A program made the translations under genes and the position numbers. This document shows positions 36,038 to 44,068 of a stretch of DNA of 44,068 nt, piece after piece (position 1 is the stretch's first letter; each line of letters begins with the position of its first letter). The notes beneath the pieces were generated by a model. The model was not told the origin of the DNA and did no database searches. It saw only the letters and a list, made by a program, of their open reading frames with translations. Origin of the DNA: an uncultured Salinisphaerales bacterium (GTDB lineage: Bacteria > Pseudomonadota > Gammaproteobacteria > Nevskiales > CAZYIP01); the NCBI GenBank assembly GCA_964646895.1, contig CAZYIP010000002.1, positions 17,157 through 61,224 of the forward strand, written 5' to 3'.

Positions 36038-36770
36038 AGAAGTGGCGTCACCCGCGCGCCCGCTGCCGTGGCTGGGCTGGCTCGCGTCCCTGAGCCTGTT
36101 GGGGGCACTGGTGGCGGGCGTCGCCGTCTGGGTACACGAAAACCAGGTGCCGATCGTGCGTCTGCGTATTTCCGGCACGCTTGCGCACGTGAGCGCCGCG
36201 CAGATACAGAGCGTGGCGGCGCCGTACGCGCGCGCGGGCTTTTTCGACCTCGACGTCAGCGGCCTGCGCGATGCGCTGGAGGCACTGCCGTGGGTTGCCC
36301 AGGCCCGGGTCAGCCGCAGTTGGCCGGGCACCATCGACATTCGCATTCGCGAGCATACGGCGGTGGCGCGCTGGGGCAAGGACGGGGTGCTGACCGCCGA
36401 GGGTAGCCATTTTGCGCTGCCCGCCGCGAGCCTGCCCAAGGCCCTGCCGGAGATGCACGGTCCGCTGGGCACGGAGGACGACCTGATCCGCGAATACGAC
36501 GCCATGCGCCAGCCGCTCGCGGTCGATGGCTACCGTATCGAGCGCCTCTGGATCGACGACCGTGGCGCCTGGCACGTCGCCCTGGACAACGGTCTGGCGC
36601 TGCGCCTGGGGCGCGACCACATAACCCAGCGCGTGCGGCGTTTTCTCAACGTCGCGGTGCACGCCCTGGGACCCCGCATGAAGCAGGCCGAATACATCGA
36701 CCTGCGTTACAGCAATGGCTTTGCGGTGGGCTGGAAGAATCCGTCCGCCGCGGACCGTGGAGAGAAGTGA
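36021..36770 (+). CDS. ftsQ: Cell division protein FtsQ
   Basis: 249 aa from ATG 36021, with GAGGAG 7 nt upstream; it overlaps the ddl end by 17 nt. A short cytoplasmic tail, one TM (WLASLSLLGALVAGVAVWV) and a POTRA-like region follow. The call also rests on position. Confidence 0.85.
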   Translation: MSAAVREVASPARPLPWLGWLASLSLLGALVAGVAVWVHENQVPIVRLRISGTLAHVSAAQIQSVAAPYARAGFFDLDVSGLRDALEALPWVAQARVSRSWPGTIDIRIREHTAVARWGKDGVLTAEGSHFALPAASLPKALPEMHGPLGTEDDLIREYDAMRQPLAVDGYRIERLWIDDRGAWHVALDNGLALRLGRDHITQRVRRFLNVAVHALGPRMKQAEYIDLRYSNGFAVGWKNPSAADRGEK

Positions 36771-36773
36771 TTC

Positions 36774-38006
36774 ATGTCCAAGACAGCCGAAAAGAATCTG
36801 ATCATCGGACTCGATGTCGGCACCTCGAAAGTCGCCGCCATTGTCGGTGAGATGGGGCCGGAAGGCGGCCTCGAAATCATCGGCCTCGGCAGCCACCCCT
36901 CGCGCGGCATGAAGAAAGGGGCGGTGGTCAATATCGAAGCCACCATGAACTCGATTCGCCGCGCCATCGAGGAGGCGGAGCTGATGGCCGGTTGCAGCGT
37001 GCAATCGGTGTTTGCCGGCATTTCCGGCAGCCATGTCAAGAGCTTCAATTCCCACGGCATCGTCGCCGTGCGCAACAAGGAGGTGAGCGAGGCCGACGTG
37101 GAGCGTGTGATCGATGCCGCGTGCGCGGTGGCCATCCCCGCGGACCAGAAGATTCTGCACGTGCTGCCGCAGGAATTCGCGGTAGACGACCAGGAGGGCA
37201 TTCAGGAGCCGATCGGCATGTCCGGCGTGCGCCTGGAGGCGCGGGTGCACATCGTCACCGGCGCGGTCAGCTCGGCGCTCAACATCCGCAAGTGCGTCGC
37301 CCGCTGCGGGCTGGAAGTGAACAAGCTCATCCTGGAGCAACTCGCTTCCGGCTACGCGGTGCTGACCGATGACGAAAAGGACCTGGGCGTGTGCCTGGTC
37401 GACATCGGCGGCGGCACGTCGGACATCGCGGTGTTCGTCAACGGCGCCATTCGTCATACCGCCGTCATTCCGGTGGCGGGGGACCAGGTCACCAACGATA
37501 TCGCGGTGGCGCTGCGCACACCGACCCAGCATGCCACCGAGATCAAGGTCAAGTACGGCTGCGCGCTGCCGGAGCTGATTCAGGGCGAGGACTACATCGA
37601 GGTGCCGAGCGTGGGCGAGCGCCCGCCACGGCGCCTGTCGCGCCACACCCTCTCGGAAGTCATCAAGCCGCGCTACGAGGAGCTGTTCCAGCTCATCCAG
37701 CGTGAGCTGCGCAAGAGCGGTTTCGAGGACATGCTCGCCGGCGGCGTGGTGCTCACCGGCGGCAGTTCAAAGATGGAAGGCGTGATCGAGCTGGCCGAGG
37801 AGGTCTTCCACGTGCCGGTGCGCCTCGGCCTGCCGCAGAACGTGGACGGGCTGGCGGATGTGGTGCGCAACCCGATTCACGCCACCGGCGTGGGGTTGCT
37901 GGTATTCGGGCAGAAGAACCTGCCGCGCGCCGAGCACGAGCCGGAGAAGGACGGCTTCGGGCACGTGCTGACGCGCATGAAGAGCTGGTTTCAAGGGAAT
38001 TTTTAG
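36774..38006 (+). CDS. ftsA: Cell division protein FtsA
   Basis: 410 aa. The actin-like fold shows GLDVGTSKVAAIVGE and DIGGGTSDIAVF. The C-terminal amphipathic helix is LTRMKSWFQGNF. Confidence 0.95.
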   Translation: MSKTAEKNLIIGLDVGTSKVAAIVGEMGPEGGLEIIGLGSHPSRGMKKGAVVNIEATMNSIRRAIEEAELMAGCSVQSVFAGISGSHVKSFNSHGIVAVRNKEVSEADVERVIDAACAVAIPADQKILHVLPQEFAVDDQEGIQEPIGMSGVRLEARVHIVTGAVSSALNIRKCVARCGLEVNKLILEQLASGYAVLTDDEKDLGVCLVDIGGGTSDIAVFVNGAIRHTAVIPVAGDQVTNDIAVALRTPTQHATEIKVKYGCALPELIQGEDYIEVPSVGERPPRRLSRHTLSEVIKPRYEELFQLIQRELRKSGFEDMLAGGVVLTGGSSKMEGVIELAEEVFHVPVRLGLPQNVDGLADVVRNPIHATGVGLLVFGQKNLPRAEHEPEKDGFGHVLTRMKSWFQGNF

Positions 38007-38083
38007 ATGCATGGATTTTTTTGATGGTTATGGGTTTGAACGCGACGGGCAGACAAAACGGGCTTGTGAAAGAGGAGCGAGCT

Positions 38084-39247
38084 ATGGATGAATTGTTCGA
38101 AATGGTCGATGGGTATAGCGATCGCGCGGTGATCAAGGTCATCGGCGTGGGCGGTGGCGGTGGCAACACCGTCAATCAGATGGTCGAAAAGGGTATCGAA
38201 GGGGTGGAGTTCATCTGCGCCAATACCGACGCGCAGCATCTGAAAAATTGCAAGGCGGATACGGTGCTGCAGATTGGTGCGGACATCACGCGCGGACTCG
38301 GCGCCGGGGCCGATCCGGCGGTGGGCAAGCAGGCCGCGCTGGAGGACCGCGAGCGTATCCGGGAGGTGATCGAGGGCACCGACATGCTGTTCATCACCGC
38401 CGGCATGGGCGGCGGCACCGGCACCGGCGCTGCGCCGGTGGTGGCGGAAATCGCGCGCGAGATGGATATACTCACCGTGGCCGTCGTCACCAAGCCGTTT
38501 CCGTTCGAGCGGTCGCGGCGCATGACGGTGGCGAAGGAAGGGCTGGAGGATCTGGGTCAGTACGTGGACTCGCTGATCGTGATCCCGAACGAAAAGCTGC
38601 TGACCGTCCTCGGCAAGAGCACTTCGCTCAAGGCGGCCTTCACCGCCGCCAACGGCGTGTTGCAGAATGCGGTGCAGGGTATCGCGGATCTGATCACGCG
38701 GCCCGGTACCATGAACGTGGACTTCGCCGACGTGCGCCGGGTGATGTCCCAGCGCGGGATGGCGATGATGGGCATCGGCGCCGGCACCGGCGAGGACCGG
38801 GCGCGCAAGGCGGCGGAAACGGCATTGTCCAGCCCGCTGCTGGAGGAGCTGAACCTGACCGGTGCGCATGGCATTCTGGTCAATGTCACCGCCACCGAGG
38901 AGAGTCTGGAAATTTCGGAATTCCAGCTGGTCAACGAACTGATCGCGGAAATGGGCGCGGAGGATGTGGAGGTCATCGTCGGCACCGCCTTCGACCCGGA
39001 GATGGGCGACGAACTGCGTGTTACCGTGGTGGCGACCGGCCTCGGCTATCCGCAGACGGTGTCCGAATCCAGCGTGGTGCGCCATCTGCACCGGGACAGC
39101 AACGGGCAGCCGCGTTACGAGGAACTGGACAAGCCCACCGTCCTGCGTCGCCAGACGCCAGCGCGCCGCGTTCAGCGCAGCGAAGTGGAGGAGATGGACA
39201 TGGATTACCTGGACGTGCCGGCGTTTTTGCGCAATCAGGCGGACTGA
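38084..39247 (+). CDS. ftsZ: Cell division protein FtsZ
   Basis: 387 aa from ATG 38084 (GAGGAG SD). IGVGGGGGNTVN, the tubulin signature GGGTGTGAAPVVA, and the conserved C-terminal peptide DYLDVPAFLRNQAD. Confidence 0.96.
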   Translation: MDELFEMVDGYSDRAVIKVIGVGGGGGNTVNQMVEKGIEGVEFICANTDAQHLKNCKADTVLQIGADITRGLGAGADPAVGKQAALEDRERIREVIEGTDMLFITAGMGGGTGTGAAPVVAEIAREMDILTVAVVTKPFPFERSRRMTVAKEGLEDLGQYVDSLIVIPNEKLLTVLGKSTSLKAAFTAANGVLQNAVQGIADLITRPGTMNVDFADVRRVMSQRGMAMMGIGAGTGEDRARKAAETALSSPLLEELNLTGAHGILVNVTATEESLEISEFQLVNELIAEMGAEDVEVIVGTAFDPEMGDELRVTVVATGLGYPQTVSESSVVRHLHRDSNGQPRYEELDKPTVLRRQTPARRVQRSEVEEMDMDYLDVPAFLRNQAD

Positions 39248-39488
39248 GCGCGGGAGCTGGCATGCAATAATGGCGTCAAGGCGTCCGCAAGGCTCGGGTA
39301 ACAGGGGCTTTATGCTAGAATCCCCGGTCAATCCGGTGGCGCGGGACAGCGTGTCATCATTATAAGGAAACATTGGCGGAATTCGCGGGGCCGCGTGGTG
39401 CCAGGGGAGGTGCTTCGCGGCCAGGTAACCTGCGCATCGACCGCACGGAATGCCGTGGCGAGCCTTCCAGAATGGGAAGAACGAAAAC

Positions 39489-40403
39489 ATGCTGAGCCAG
39501 AGAACACTGCGCAACCCGATCCGGGCAACTGGTGTCGGATTGCACACCGGCGAGAAAGTCTTCATGACCCTGCGGCCTGCCAAGGCCGACACGGGCGTTA
39601 TCTTCCGGCGGGTCGATATGGACGTGCCGGTGGAAATAAAGGCCAGTCCGGAGAACGTGGGCGACACCCAGCTGTCGACGACCCTGTTGTCGGGCGATGT
39701 CCGCATCTCCACCGTCGAGCATCTGCTGTCGGCGATGGCGGGCCTGGGCATCGACAACGCAGTGGTGGAGCTGAGTGCGCCTGAAGTGCCGATCATGGAC
39801 GGCAGCGCGGGACCTTTCGTGTTCCTGCTGCAGTCGGCCGGCATTCAGGAGCTCGACGCGCCCAAGCGCTTCATTCGCATCCGCAACCCGGTGGCGGTCA
39901 GGGACGGCGACAAATGGGCGCGCTTCGATCCGTACGACGGCTTCAAGGTGAGCTTCGGGATCCAGTTCGACCATCCCCTGTTCGATCGCGGAGTGCAGTC
40001 GGCGGCGGTCGATTTCTCCACCACGTCGTTCGTCAAGGAAGTCAGCCGCGCGCGCACCTTCGGGTTCATGCGCGACATCGAATATCTGCGCTCGCACAAC
40101 CTGGCCCTGGGCGGCAGCATGGACAACGCGGTGGTGCTGGACGACTATCGGGTACTGAATGCCGACGGCCTGCGCTACGAAGATGAGTTCGTGCGCCACA
40201 AGATCCTCGACGCGATCGGCGATCTGTACCTGCTCGGCTACAGCCTGATCGGCGCCTTCACCGGACACAAGTCCGGCCACGCACTGAACAACCGCCTGCT
40301 GCGCACGCTGATGGCGGACGAAGCGGCGTGGGAGATGGTGACGTTCGAGGACCTGGGCGCCGCGCCGATCTCCTATATCGGTTCAGCGGCCCACGCGCGC
40401 TAG
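39489..40403 (+). CDS. lpxC: UDP-3-O-acyl-N-acetylglucosamine deacetylase
   Basis: 304 aa from ATG 39489. [37 protein letters not shown] and [17 protein letters not shown]. Confidence 0.94.
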   Translation: MLSQRTLRNPIRATGVGLHTGEKVFMTLRPAKADTGVIFRRVDMDVPVEIKASPENVGDTQLSTTLLSGDVRISTVEHLLSAMAGLGIDNAVVELSAPEVPIMDGSAGPFVFLLQSAGIQELDAPKRFIRIRNPVAVRDGDKWARFDPYDGFKVSFGIQFDHPLFDRGVQSAAVDFSTTSFVKEVSRARTFGFMRDIEYLRSHNLALGGSMDNAVVLDDYRVLNADGLRYEDEFVRHKILDAIGDLYLLGYSLIGAFTGHKSGHALNNRLLRTLMADEAAWEMVTFEDLGAAPISYIGSAAHAR

Positions 40404-40410
40404 GCAGAAA

Positions 40411-40427
40411 ACCGGGGCCATCCCGGT
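40411..40427. terminator. Short hairpin between convergent lpxC and DUF721 genes
   Basis: ACCGGG (40411-40416), GCCAT, CCCGGT (40422-40427), with an A-run upstream. The stem is only 6 bp. Confidence 0.3.
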
Positions 40428-40486
40428 CCGGGTTGTCCTCCTGGCGTCAGCGGAGACGGCCCAGGCAGCTGCATGCGGCAGAATCG

Positions 40487-40981
40487 TCATTCCTCATCCA
40501 TTCGGGTACCGGGCCCATGCCTGGTTCCCGATTCCCGCAGTCGGATCAGGGCGGCAGCAAGCTCCGGATCATCAATGTGTTCGGCGGTGGTGGCGATGGT
40601 GCGTGCCGCCGCGGCGCTGATGGGAATCGGCCGTCGAGGCGGGCCCGGTTCGCGTTCATGCGGGCTGACCCGGATGTCCAGTTGCCTGATCGTCACTTCC
40701 CGTTCCGCGAGCCGCGCGATGATCGCGCTGCGAAAGTAGCGCAGGCGCGTGCCCCAGGCGGCACTGTCGGCGCTCATCACCAGCCGTCCGTTGTGCAGGT
40801 TCGCGATGCGTACCCGCTGGGCAAGTTCGGCGGGCAGTATCGCAGTGATCCACTGCCCGATCCGGTGCAGTGCCCGCGCCCGTTCCAGGACCTGGTTCAG
40901 CTCCGTGGGCGCGGCTCGCCGCTCGTTGCCGGACAGGAGGCGGGAGATGGGATGTGGATGTGAATTCCGCGTGCGTGCCAT
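40487..40981 (-). CDS. DUF721 domain protein (DciA-like)
   Basis: 164 aa from ATG 40981. The core LHRIGQWITAILPAELAQRVRIANLHNGRLVMSADSAAWGTRLRYFRSAIIARL fits the DUF721 pattern as I recall it. The track start at 41077 adds 32 residues. Confidence 0.65.
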   Translation of the reverse strand: MARTRNSHPHPISRLLSGNERRAAPTELNQVLERARALHRIGQWITAILPAELAQRVRIANLHNGRLVMSADSAAWGTRLRYFRSAIIARLAEREVTIRQLDIRVSPHEREPGPPRRPIPISAAAARTIATTAEHIDDPELAAALIRLRESGTRHGPGTRMDEE

Positions 40982-41031
40982 TTTGTGTATTCGCTGATCG
41001 TGATCGAGTGATCCGGGAGCCGTGCCTGCCG

Positions 41032-41102
41032 ATCGCGGCTTGCGCCGCTCCCGCAAAACCTGCGGTAATCCCTGCACCCGCGGGAGCGGCGCAAGCCGCG
41101 AT
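41032..41102. repeat. REP-like palindrome, family A, perfect 23-nt arms
   Basis: ATCGCGGCTTGCGCCGCTCCCGC (41032-41054) and GCGGGAGCGGCGCAAGCCGCGAT (41080-41102) are exact reverse complements with a 25-nt loop. The element lies in the divergent DUF721/secA region. Confidence 0.8.
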
Positions 41103-41258
41103 CAACCGGAATCAGCCGGACACCGGCGGGTGTCCGCTGACGCCGGCCTGCGCTATGATAAACTGTTTTATGGTACGGATCGTTAGGCGCAGTCGCCCGC
41201 ATCCTCGCGACCCGTTAGTCCTCCCAGCGCCGCCGTAGGATACACACGCATCTCGCCC

Positions 41259-44066
41259 ATGTTCGAAGCCGTTTTTAACACCACATTCAAAAAGGTCGTC
41301 GGTAGCCGCAATCAGCGCCTGGTCAAGCGCATGGCCAAGGCGGTGCAGCGCATCAACGCGCTCGAGCCCGACGTGGAAAAACTCAGCGACGAGGAGCTGT
41401 GTGCGCGCACCGAGCAGTTTCGCGAGCGCCTCGCCGGCGGCGAAACGCTGGACTCCCTGATCCCGGACGCGTTCGCCACCGTGCGCGAAGCGGGCCGGCG
41501 GGTGCTCGGCATGCGCCATTTCGACGTGCAGATGATCGGCGCCATGGTCCTGCACCGGGGCAAGATCGCCGAGATGAAAACCGGCGAAGGCAAGACCCTG
41601 GTGGCGACCCTGGCCGTGTATCTGAATGCGCTGCCGGGCAAGGGCGTGCACCTGGTCACGGTGAACGACTATCTGGCCCGGCGCGACGCCGAGTGGATGG
41701 GGCGCATCTACCGTTTTCTCGGCCTCAGCGTGGGCGTCATCTACGCGGGCCAGTCGCAGGAAGAAAAGCGCGAAGCGTATGCCTGCGACGTCACCTACGG
41801 CACCAACAACGAGTTCGGTTTCGACTACCTGCGCGACAACATGGCGTTCTCGATCGAGGAGAAGGTCCAGCGCGGGCTCAACTATGCCATCGTCGACGAG
41901 GTGGACTCGATCCTGATCGACGAGGCCCGCACGCCGCTGATCATCTCCGGTCCGACCGATGACGATCCCGAACTGTACCGGCGCATCAACGAGCTGGTGC
42001 CGAAGCTGGAGCGCCAGGAGCGCGAGGATCCCAACGACGACAACGACGATGCGCCCGGCGACTACTACGTCGACGAGAAGATGAAGCAGGTCTACCTGAC
42101 CGAGGCCGGCCATCAGAAGGTGGAAAACCTGATGCGCAAGGCCGGTCTGCTGGAGGAGGACGGCAACCTCTACGACGCCACCAACATCATCCTCATGCAC
42201 CACCTCAACGCGGGCCTGCGCGCGCATGCGCTGTTTACCCGCGATGTGGATTACATCATATCCAACGGCGAGATCGTCATCGTCGACGAGTTCACCGGTC
42301 GCACCATGCCGGGACGGCGCTGGTCCGACGGCCTGCATCAGGCGGTGGAGGCCAAGGAAAAGGTTCGCATCCAGCAGGAGAACCAGACTCTCGCGTCGAT
42401 CACCTTCCAGAACTACTTCCGCCTGTACGGCAAGCTCTCGGGAATGACCGGCACCGCCGATACCGAAGCATTCGAATTCCAGGACATCTACGGGCTGGAA
42501 GTGGTGGTGATCCCGACCAACAGGCCGATGATCCGCAAGGACATGGCCGATCTGGTCTACATGAGCACGCGCGAAAAATACGACGCCGTGGTCGAGGATG
42601 TCATCGCGCAGTCGAAGGAAGGGCGCCCGGTACTGGTGGGCACCGCGTCGATCGAAAGCTCCGAGTACCTGTCCAATCTGCTCAAGCGTCGCGGCATCGC
42701 GCACGAGGTACTGAACGCGAAGCAGCACGAGCGCGAGGCGGAGATCATCGCCCAGGCCGGGCGACCGGGGATAGTGACCATCGCCACCAACATGGCGGGA
42801 CGCGGCACCGACATCGTGCTCGGCGGTGCGCTGGACTCCGAGCTGGAGACGATTCCCGAGGAAGACACCGAAGCGCGCGAGCGCATCCGCAAGGTGTGGC
42901 GGGAGCGCCACGAGGCGGTGGTTGCCGCTGGTGGCTTGCACGTGGTCGGCGCGGAACGCAACGAATCGCGGCGCGTCGACAACCAGTTGCGCGGTCGTTC
43001 CGGTCGTCAGGGCGATCCGGGGTCCACCCGGTTCTATCTGGCGCTGGAAGACAACCTCATGCGTATCTTCACGCCACCGCGCATGCGCGGCATGCTTCAG
43101 CGCCTGGGGATGGAGGAGGGCGCCGCCATCGAGCACCGCTGGGTGTCGCGTGCGATCGAGACGGCCCAGCGCAAGGTCGAGGCGCAGAACTTCGATGTGC
43201 GCAAGCAGTTGCTTGAATACGACGATGTCGCCAACGACCAGCGCAAGGTCATTTATGAACAGCGCGACGAGCTGATGGCGGCGACCGAGGTCAGCGACAT
43301 CATCGAGAACATTCGCGATGAAGTCATCAACGAGACCATCAGCGCCCATATCCCGCCCCAGAGCCTGGAAGAGCTGTGGGAAGTGGAGGATCTGCAGGAG
43401 TCCCTGCGCCAGGAGTTCGCGGTCGACCTGCCGTTGGCGAAATGGCTGGACGAAGAGGACGGCCTGGACGAGGAGGGGCTGCGCGAGCGGGTGGTGCGCA
43501 GCATCGTCGATGTTTATGAGGCGAAAAAGCGCCAGGTCGGCGAGGAAACCATGGCCCAGTTCGAGAAGGCCGTCATGCTGCAGGTGCTGGATACCCTGTG
43601 GCGTGAACATCTGGCCGCCATGGATTATCTGCGGCAGGGCATTCACCTGCGCGGTTTCGCTCAGGTTGATCCCAAGCAGGAATACAAGCGCGAAGGTTTT
43701 CGCATGTTCGCGAACCTGCTGGACCGGCTCAAGCACGATGTGGTCACGATCATTGCCAAGGTCCAGATTCGCGCCGAGGAGGATGTGGAAGCGCTGGAGC
43801 AGCAGCGCCGGCGCGAGCGCGAGTTGAACTTCCACCACGCCGATGCGCCCAGCGCCATCCAGAATCCGCAGGCACCCCCGCCGCAGGCGGCGCGCGAGCA
43901 ACGGCCGGGTGGCATGACATCACCGCAGCCCGCGGCGGCAGCCGCGACCGGCGAAGCCGTACCCGTGGAGACCTTCGTGCGCCACGAGCGCAAGGTCGGG
44001 CGCAACGAACCGTGCCCCTGCGGTTCCGGGCGCAAGTACAAACACTGCCACGGTCAACTGCACTGA
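41259..44066 (+). CDS. secA: Preprotein translocase ATPase SecA
   Basis: 935 aa. [25 protein letters not shown] (Walker A) and [20 protein letters not shown] are present. The C-terminal zinc motif is [14 protein letters not shown]. The stop is TGA 44064-44066. Confidence 0.97.
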   Translation: MFEAVFNTTFKKVVGSRNQRLVKRMAKAVQRINALEPDVEKLSDEELCARTEQFRERLAGGETLDSLIPDAFATVREAGRRVLGMRHFDVQMIGAMVLHRGKIAEMKTGEGKTLVATLAVYLNALPGKGVHLVTVNDYLARRDAEWMGRIYRFLGLSVGVIYAGQSQEEKREAYACDVTYGTNNEFGFDYLRDNMAFSIEEKVQRGLNYAIVDEVDSILIDEARTPLIISGPTDDDPELYRRINELVPKLERQEREDPNDDNDDAPGDYYVDEKMKQVYLTEAGHQKVENLMRKAGLLEEDGNLYDATNIILMHHLNAGLRAHALFTRDVDYIISNGEIVIVDEFTGRTMPGRRWSDGLHQAVEAKEKVRIQQENQTLASITFQNYFRLYGKLSGMTGTADTEAFEFQDIYGLEVVVIPTNRPMIRKDMADLVYMSTREKYDAVVEDVIAQSKEGRPVLVGTASIESSEYLSNLLKRRGIAHEVLNAKQHEREAEIIAQAGRPGIVTIATNMAGRGTDIVLGGALDSELETIPEEDTEARERIRKVWRERHEAVVAAGGLHVVGAERNESRRVDNQLRGRSGRQGDPGSTRFYLALEDNLMRIFTPPRMRGMLQRLGMEEGAAIEHRWVSRAIETAQRKVEAQNFDVRKQLLEYDDVANDQRKVIYEQRDELMAATEVSDIIENIRDEVINETISAHIPPQSLEELWEVEDLQESLRQEFAVDLPLAKWLDEEDGLDEEGLRERVVRSIVDVYEAKKRQVGEETMAQFEKAVMLQVLDTLWREHLAAMDYLRQGIHLRGFAQVDPKQEYKREGFRMFANLLDRLKHDVVTIIAKVQIRAEEDVEALEQQRRRERELNFHHADAPSAIQNPQAPPPQAAREQRPGGMTSPQPAAAAATGEAVPVETFVRHERKVGRNEPCPCGSGRKYKHCHGQLH

Positions 44067-44068
44067 CG

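Noticed and set aside
41163-41178. CTGT-N8-ACGG LexA-box-like sequence upstream of secA.
   Set aside because: There is a mismatch in the conserved ACAG half and no AT-rich palindromic centre. secA is not an SOS gene, so this is likely chance.
41112-43901. 929-aa ORF antisense to secA. There are similar very long antisense or alternate-frame ORFs at 2920-4143, 4192-5781, 10074-11474, 13075-14238, 15347-17272, 19030-20757, 22764-24119, 30052-31815, 34850-36505, 36048-37646 and 38003-39844.
   Set aside because: These are shadow ORFs, as expected in a high-GC genome where stop codons are rare off-frame. Their translations are Arg/Ala/Gly/Pro-rich low-complexity strings with no recognisable motifs. 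Each lies opposite or out of frame with a strongly conserved gene.

Overview
This is a 44-kb stretch of high-GC proteobacterial core chromosome with gammaproteobacterial-type synteny. The conserved blocks are rhlB-trxA-rho and rsmI opposite lpoA-yraN-diaA. RNase P RNA follows, then a complete dcw division/cell-wall cluster (mraZ-rsmH-ftsL-ftsI-murE-murF-mraY-murD-ftsW-murG-murC-ddl-ftsQ-ftsA-ftsZ), then lpxC, a DUF721 gene and secA. The left third is housekeeping metabolism: the tail of an Lhr-type helicase, a DUF3565/DUF488 pair, a pncB-nrtR NAD-salvage operon with a perfect palindromic operator, and a short-form aconitase. It also carries an orphan mtnD, cysQ, purD, a lipoprotein-pncA-Nudix cluster, ppa, a PPi-type phosphofructokinase and adk. 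The non-coding content includes rnpB, whose extended -10 promoter overlaps the rsmI stop codon, and two families of REP-like palindromic repeats at gene ends. Upstream of mraZ there is a consensus sigma70 promoter with a triple MraZ-box and an AT-rich island. An unexpected 335-nt structured spacer lies between mraZ and rsmH. I see no transposase, integrase, phage, CRISPR, toxin-antitoxin or defence-like genes, and no credible novel multi-gene system. Most extra long ORFs in the six-frame track are high-GC antisense or shadow frames. Three items are most worth follow-up: the nested inverted repeat between mraZ and rsmH, a Ser at the first Fe-S cysteine position of the aconitase, and the predicted NrtR operator. 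All family assignments come from motif and alignment recall, not from database searches.
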